Both the position numbers and the translations under genes were made by a program. DNA of 64,000 bases from an uncultured Candidatus Micrarchaeota archaeon (GTDB lineage: Archaea; Micrarchaeota; Micrarchaeia; Anstonellales; Bilamarchaeaceae), in contig OY970229.1 of assembly GCA_963714085.1 (NCBI GenBank), forward strand, positions 1,507,540-1,571,539. The letters are read 5' to 3'. Shown here in pieces: positions 58,704 to 64,000 of the stretch. Below the pieces are notes generated by a model. The model saw only the letters and a program-made list of their open reading frames with translations. It did no database searches and had not been told where the DNA came from. Numbering within the stretch: the first letter of the stretch is position 1; the number at the start of each line of letters is the position of its first letter.

Positions 58704-58777
58704 TGGACAGGACGGGATTTGAACCCGTAGCCTCTCCCATGCCAAGGGAGCGTTATACCGGGTTTAACTACCTGCCC
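58704..58777 (-). tRNA. tRNA-Ala(GGC)
   Basis: Cloverleaf GGGCAGG/CCTGTCC-A with G3:U70; anticodon arm CTCCC-TTGGCAT-GGGAG; T-loop TTCAAAT. Confidence 0.97.
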
Positions 58778-59062
58778 AGAAAGGTGTTATATCTCCGCCA
58801 CAGCGTTTTTAAAAAGATGTTTGTTCATCCGGTCGATGATATCGAGGAATAAGATGAGGGAGATGGTAGACCCGAAGGCTCCATCTGCCCTCCCACTCTT
58901 CTAGCCCAAACGGGCAGAGTAAGCGTTGTAAGAAAAAATTTATATATCATCATTTCCTATTCGGTGGATTGACAACACAATAGTGTAGATTCAAACCCTA
59001 TCCATGGCAGCGCCCGCCCGCCGCTGAGGTTGATTTAAATATTTACTGTTGGAGTACTGTGC

Positions 59063-60427
59063 ATGCCAGAAATCCCGAAAAAGAGCAAGGACGACAAAAG
59101 TTATAAGGCCCGCGGCTCGCAGGCCCCGCAAGCGAGCAAGGACGACAAGGCTTACAAGGGCTACAGCGGCCCGGCCCCACAGAAGAGCCCGGACCCCAAG
59201 GCATACGAGGGCCACGAGACCCCGGCGGCCAAGGGCACCCGGTCCATGGTGATGATCCTCATAGCGGTGATGCTGGTCCTCATAGTCATCGCCGCGGGCG
59301 TGCTCATCTTCCTGTTCATGAACAGCCCCATCACCTCCCCGGTTCCGCAGCCCACGCCCGTGGTCAACGAGACCACGAACCTCACCAATGCCACCGCCCC
59401 CCAGTGCGACGACCAATGCATGCTTCAGAACGCGGTGGACAGCGGCTCCGCGGACCTGTGCCTCAACATAAGCGACGTGTCGATCAGGCAGGAGTGCTAC
59501 GTGCTGCTCTCCAATACCTCGGTCTCCGTGTGCCTCGACCTGGCGAACGAGACGGACAAGGTCAAATGCGTGAGCGACTACGCGGTCACGAACGCAAACA
59601 TCTCGCTCTGCTCGCTGCTCTCCGGATCCGGCGCCAGCGCCTGCATGGCCGCGGTCAACCCGTGCTACGCGGACAACGGCACCGCGCAGCTGCTCTGCTT
59701 CGCCCTGGCGAGCAGGAACTACTCCATATGCGGCTCGGACAGCGAATGCATACTCAACTACAGCCGCTCCACCGGCACGACCGACGCCTGCGGCCAGCTG
59801 AGCCTGGTCGCGAACCAATACGGCTGCTGGGCCGAGGCGAGCGACATGGACAAGTGCGCGAACCTCTCGATCAAATCCCAGGAGGACCTGTGCTACGACG
59901 TATACGCGATGCAGACCGGCAACTCGCAGCTCTGCCAGAACATAACGCCGGACAACCTGTACCAGACCCAGTGCCTATCGTACTTCGCGGTGAAGGCGGG
60001 CGATTATAGGTTCTGCAACCAGGGCCTGTCGCTCAACAACCGCTGGATCTGCTACACGAACTACTCGATCTCCACCGGGGACGTGACCGGATGCGACAAG
60101 ATAGATCCCCTAGCCAGCTCGGCGAAATTCACCTGCTATTACACCTACGCGATACAATGGGGCAATCCCAGCGTCTGCGGCGAGTTCGCCGGGGTCCCGT
60201 CCGAGATGACCGAGTGCTACATCGGAGCCATGGTCCAAAACAACACGAAGCTGAACTATTCGTACTGCGCAGACATCAACATCACCAGCTGGCAGAACCA
60301 GTGCTACGATGATGCGGCGACGCTGCACAACGACTCGTCCATCTGCTCCTACATAGCGTCCCAGAACGACCGGAACAGCTGCCTGGCGGACCTGAACATA
60401 ACCATCAACGAGGCTAACAAGAGCTAG
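59063..60427 (+). CDS. Membrane-anchored Cys-rich repeat surface protein
   Basis: Charged N-terminal repeats, one TM, then many C..I/L......C.... units. Confidence 0.85.
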   Translation: MPEIPKKSKDDKSYKARGSQAPQASKDDKAYKGYSGPAPQKSPDPKAYEGHETPAAKGTRSMVMILIAVMLVLIVIAAGVLIFLFMNSPITSPVPQPTPVVNETTNLTNATAPQCDDQCMLQNAVDSGSADLCLNISDVSIRQECYVLLSNTSVSVCLDLANETDKVKCVSDYAVTNANISLCSLLSGSGASACMAAVNPCYADNGTAQLLCFALASRNYSICGSDSECILNYSRSTGTTDACGQLSLVANQYGCWAEASDMDKCANLSIKSQEDLCYDVYAMQTGNSQLCQNITPDNLYQTQCLSYFAVKAGDYRFCNQGLSLNNRWICYTNYSISTGDVTGCDKIDPLASSAKFTCYYTYAIQWGNPSVCGEFAGVPSEMTECYIGAMVQNNTKLNYSYCADINITSWQNQCYDDAATLHNDSSICSYIASQNDRNSCLADLNITINEANKS

Positions 60428-60449
60428 AAAGAAGAAAAATTAGAAAAAA

Positions 60450-61187
60450 TCAGGCCTCGGCCGGCTTCTCGGCTGGCGCCTCCTTCTTCTCCTCCGGAGT
60501 CGAAGTCACCACCTTGGCCTCTTCCGCGGCCTCGGCCTGCGCGGCCTCCTCGCCCGTCTCGGCCTCGCCCTCCTTCTCCTCGAAGAGCGCGGTCTCGAAG
60601 CTGCTTATCTCATACTTGAACTCGTCGTAGGATTTTATCTGCCCCTGCGCAAGGGCCATCTCGCGCGCGAGTATGTAGAATATGAGCGCCAGCGAGCGCT
60701 TGCCCTTGTTGTTTATGGGGATCACCAGGTCGATGAACTTGGTCTCGTTGTCCGTGTCGCAGAGCGCGATTATCGGGACCCCGTTCTTGGCGCCCTCGCT
60801 GACGGCCTCGCGCTCACCCTTGGGGTCGCATACGAACAGCAGTTTCGGCTCCTTGAAGCCCTTGTAGCTCATGTTCGTCATGGTCCCTGGGATGAACCTG
60901 CCCTTCGCCATCGGTACTCCGGTTATCGTGGAGAACTTCGACGCCGGGTTGCTCGAATAGATGCGCGACGCGACCACCAGGAGCTCGTCGGGCTTGTACA
61001 TAGCCATCATCTTCGCGGCTGCTATGAGACGCTCGGCGCTCTGCCTCAGGTCCAGGATGTACAAGCCGTCGTCCCTTCTCCTGAACACGAACCTCCTCAT
61101 GTCGTTGGTCCTTATCTTCGTGCCTATGTGCACGCCTGCCTCCAGGAATATCTCCTGTTTCAAAGGCAAACCGGTCTTCTCAGCCAT
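60450..61187 (-). CDS. rps2: 30S ribosomal protein S2 with acidic C-terminal tail
   Basis: FLEAGVHIGTK, GRFIPGTMTN, IALCDTDN, IPINNKG. Confidence 0.97.
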   Translation of the reverse strand: MAEKTGLPLKQEIFLEAGVHIGTKIRTNDMRRFVFRRRDDGLYILDLRQSAERLIAAAKMMAMYKPDELLVVASRIYSSNPASKFSTITGVPMAKGRFIPGTMTNMSYKGFKEPKLLFVCDPKGEREAVSEGAKNGVPIIALCDTDNETKFIDLVIPINNKGKRSLALIFYILAREMALAQGQIKSYDEFKYEISSFETALFEEKEGEAETGEEAAQAEAAEEAKVVTSTPEEKKEAPAEKPAEA

Positions 61188-61213
61188 CTCATCTACCTCC
61201 GTTTGGTAAAAAA

Positions 61214-61359
61214 TGGGGTCGCTGAGATATACTCTCCCTGACCGCGGATGTTTTTAATCAGGGAATTGAATTCCTGAGATGTCCGGATGACTATCCGGGC
61301 CGTCTTCTCAGATAACTAGCACCCCAAGCTAGCAGGATACCAGGTTACCTCACGACCCC
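61214..61359 (-). tRNA. tRNA-Pro(GGG) with two non-canonical introns (61271-61306 at 53/54; 61229-61265 at 58/59)
   Basis: GGGGTCG/CGACCCC-A acceptor; CTAGC-TTGGGGT-GCTAG anticodon arm; removing 36 + 37 nt gives CTGAG-TTCAAAT-CTCAG and a 73-nt tRNA. Confidence 0.93.
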
Positions 61360-61509
61360 GTTGAAGGAAATATCGGTTCGTAGGATTTTTATACCCGCGC
61401 CCGTGGCTGGGCACGGGCCGGATGCGCTCGCAACGTCGTCCCGCTCGGCGAACCTTTTTAAACCTTTTCTGAGTTGGAAAATGCAGTATCGAGGCGGGTG
61501 ATTCGGAGG

Positions 61510-64000
61510 ATGGGTGCGGCAACGTCAAGCCATGTGAGATGTTTTTTCATACTTGCGCTAATCCTGCTGTTCACTCGAGCCACCGCGCTGAGCGTGACGA
61601 CCAATCCGGCCGGGACGCTCGATGCCAGCAGTGTCTCCTCAATCGCCGGCTACTGCAACATCACTCCGGCCGACTCAAGCGCCTATGCCATAAACTACAC
61701 ATGGTTCGTGAACGGCACCCTGAACGCCAGCGGCACATTCTCATCCCTGACCCCGTATACCATACTCGGAACGACCGGCAGGGTTTTTGCTTATGATGCA
61801 GGTTTCACCAACCCGACAAATGCCAATGACAGCAACTACTCCACCAAAGCCTCCTATACGGCCTTTTCCAATGCCTCGCTCTACTGGAATTATACCAACC
61901 CGGCCAACAGCACCAACGCCACGGTCTGGCAGACCAAGCAGGGCAACCAGACCACTAATAATGTCACACTTCCAGCATCATGTGCGAATCAGGCGACAAT
62001 CCAGCTTAAGATAACCTGCAATAACACCGATACCCAGCTCCAGGCTGACGCAAACCCAAAAACGGTTGTGGACAACGCATCCGTAGGTTCGCTTGCCTGG
62101 GCAAACGCGTCCAACGCGGAACTCCCAGACGGTCTATTCGCAGTAGCGACCAGCCCCGGCAATAGCACCCCGGAGCAAACTCATTACCTGCTTGCCACGA
62201 ATTTCAGCTTCAACATCACTGCAAACGCCACGATAGGGGGACTTGTGGTGACGATCGTGAGGAACACCACCTCGACAACGGTTAATGACACTGTGGTTGA
62301 GCTTGTCAAAAACAATGTGATTGGCGGCACCAATCACGTCACCAACTCCCCTCTCAACTGGTCAAACAACGTAACAACTGTCACCTATGGGAATACCACG
62401 GACCTATGGGGCCTGGCATGGACGCCCGCGGATGTCAATAACCTGACTTCAGGTGTCGCCTTCTCAGTCACCCGTAATGCCGGAACCGGGAGCAAGCTGA
62501 TAGACGTCGATATCATAAACATAACGGTTTATTACAACACCTCCGCGATAGGGAACTATTCCCAATCCTCAAAATTCTGCTACAACGGCTCGACCTGGCT
62601 GAGCGTCGGCACCAACAGCACGTCCACCAACAACTTTTCAGCCGCAGACGTCTACGACCAGGACGTCTATTTCAACATATCCAACAGCAGCGCCAGCGGA
62701 ATAAACTATCTTGTCAACAACCTCACCACCTCGTTCGCGAACGGCCAGAACTGGACTTTCCAATGCACGGCCACAAACGGGACCACGACCTCGATCCAAA
62801 ATGCCACTAATGTCGTCCTGGCCGCCCCGATTCCGGTGGTCACCCTCAACTCGCCTGCCAACGCCTCGATCTTCAACACCTCGAGCGTTACGTTCAACTT
62901 CACCACAACCGCCAAGTCCTCAACAACCAACTGCTCCATCTATCTGGATGGGGCGCTCAACCAGACCAACTCCTCTGTGAGCAACAACACCGCGACCTTG
63001 TTCACGATAAACAACCTCACAAACACCGACCACACATGGTACGTGCAGTGCAAGGACAATGCTAACACCACTGGGACAAGTGCCACCTGGAACTTCACGG
63101 TCGACACGTTCACCCCGGTAGTCACCCTCAACTCTCCGGCCAATCTCTCGATATCCAACTCTTCCAGCGTGACGTTCAACTTCACGAACGTAGACGACCG
63201 GCCGACGGACAACTGCTCGATCTTCCTTGACGGCACCCTGAATCAGACCAACTCCTCGGTGCTGAACAACACCCCGACTATCTTCACTATAAATGGCATA
63301 ACGGACGGCAACCACACCTGGCGCGTGCAGTGCAAGGACATCAGCAACAATACCGGAGTCTCTGCAACAAGGAATTTCACTGTGGATACCACCCTGCCCA
63401 GGGTGATATTGAACTCTCCAGCCAACCTTTCCATATTCGATCCCGCAAACGTGACGTTCAACTTCACCGCCACGGACAACCTGGCCTCGACAATGAACTG
63501 TTCCATCTTCCTTGACAGCGTCCTTAACCAGACCAACTCTTCGGTGACGAACAACACCGCGACCACTTTCACGATCAACAGCATAGCTGACGGCAACCAC
63601 ACCTGGTATGTGCAGTGCAAGGACAATGCGAACAACAGCAATACAAGCGAAACCAGGAACTTCACGGTCGATAGCACTCCTCCGGTTGTCACCCAGAATT
63701 CTCCGGCCAACGCCTCCATATCAAACTCATCCAGCGTGACGTTCAACTTCACGGCTACGGACAACCTCGATCTGGCAACCAACTGCTCGATCTTCCTGGA
63801 CGGCGTCCTGAACCAGACCAACTCCTCGGTGACGAACAACACCGCGACGACCTTCACTATAAACAATATAACGGACGGAAACCACACCTGGTACGTCGCA
63901 TGCAAGGACAATGCGAACAATACTGGAAACAGTACAACAAGGAACTTCACTATAATAACAGTCGCTCCTTCAATCAGCTTCATCAGCCCTGCAGCCAACG
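61510..64000 (+). CDS. Large secreted surface glycoprotein with tandem Ig-like repeats (runs off window end)
   Basis: Manual translation MGAATSSHVRCFFILALILLF...; Asn/Thr-rich open frame; repeats P.V.LNSPAN...FNFT.TDN...NCSIFLDG..NQTNSS...HTW.V.CKD. Confidence 0.9.
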   Translation, partial: MGAATSSHVRCFFILALILLFTRATALSVTTNPAGTLDASSVSSIAGYCNITPADSSAYAINYTWFVNGTLNASGTFSSLTPYTILGTTGRVFAYDAGFTNPTNANDSNYSTKASYTAFSNASLYWNYTNPANSTNATVWQTKQGNQTTNNVTLPASCANQATIQLKITCNNTDTQLQADANPKTVVDNASVGSLAWANASNAELPDGLFAVATSPGNSTPEQTHYLLATNFSFNITANATIGGLVVTIVRNTTSTTVNDTVVELVKNNVIGGTNHVTNSPLNWSNNVTTVTYGNTTDLWGLAWTPADVNNLTSGVAFSVTRNAGTGSKLIDVDIINITVYYNTSAIGNYSQSSKFCYNGSTWLSVGTNSTSTNNFSAADVYDQDVYFNISNSSASGINYLVNNLTTSFANGQNWTFQCTATNGTTTSIQNATNVVLAAPIPVVTLNSPANASIFNTSSVTFNFTTTAKSSTTNCSIYLDGALNQTNSSVSNNTATLFTINNLTNTDHTWYVQCKDNANTTGTSATWNFTVDTFTPVVTLNSPANLSISNSSSVTFNFTNVDDRPTDNCSIFLDGTLNQTNSSVLNNTPTIFTINGITDGNHTWRVQCKDISNNTGVSATRNFTVDTTLPRVILNSPANLSIFDPANVTFNFTATDNLASTMNCSIFLDSVLNQTNSSVTNNTATTFTINSIADGNHTWYVQCKDNANNSNTSETRNFTVDSTPPVVTQNSPANASISNSSSVTFNFTATDNLDLATNCSIFLDGVLNQTNSSVTNNTATTFTINNITDGNHTWYVACKDNANNTGNSTTRNFTIITVAPSISFISPAAN
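62830..64000 (+). repeat. Tandem 282-285 bp coding repeats (four full units plus the start of a fifth)
   Basis: Equivalent codons at 62845, 63127, 63409, 63694 and 63979. Confidence 0.9.

Noticed and set aside
58704..58730. tRNA-Ala 3' end as an att site of an integrated element
   Set aside because: No second copy of the tRNA 3' end and no integrase were found in the window.
62706..63998. Minus-strand Val/Leu-rich ORFs that look like membrane proteins
   Set aside because: Antisense of the Asn/Thr-rich Ig-repeat gene on the plus strand.

Overview
A GC-rich archaeal chromosome segment, most likely from a DPANN/Micrarchaeota-like lineage (inferred from the divergent stand-alone 16S rRNA gene, non-canonical tRNA introns and gene content). 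Core genes include rpl7ae, gltX, a class II ribonucleotide reductase, FBP aldolase/phosphatase, dph5, the rpl18e-rpl13-rps9-rpoN cluster, a DGGGP synthase-like UbiA protein, agmatine deiminase/N-carbamoylputrescine amidase, two ABC systems, NMN adenylyltransferase, smc, rps2, tRNA-Ala(GGC) and tRNA-Pro(GGG). Intervening sequences are abundant: two small bulge-helix-bulge (BHB) introns in the 16S gene (48 and 39 nt), two T-loop introns around a 5-nt micro-exon in tRNA-Pro, three inteins in the reductase and one in SMC. The most unusual signal is the second reductase intein, which is followed by Lys rather than the Cys/Ser/Thr that canonical protein splicing needs. Accessory features include five tandem ankyrin genes with a duplicated promoter/terminator module, a 1.2-kb kinase-like cassette bounded by a 44-bp duplication of a gene 3' end, several orphans sharing a basic Phe-containing leader, and large surface proteins. 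All calls come from reading the sequence; no database search was run.
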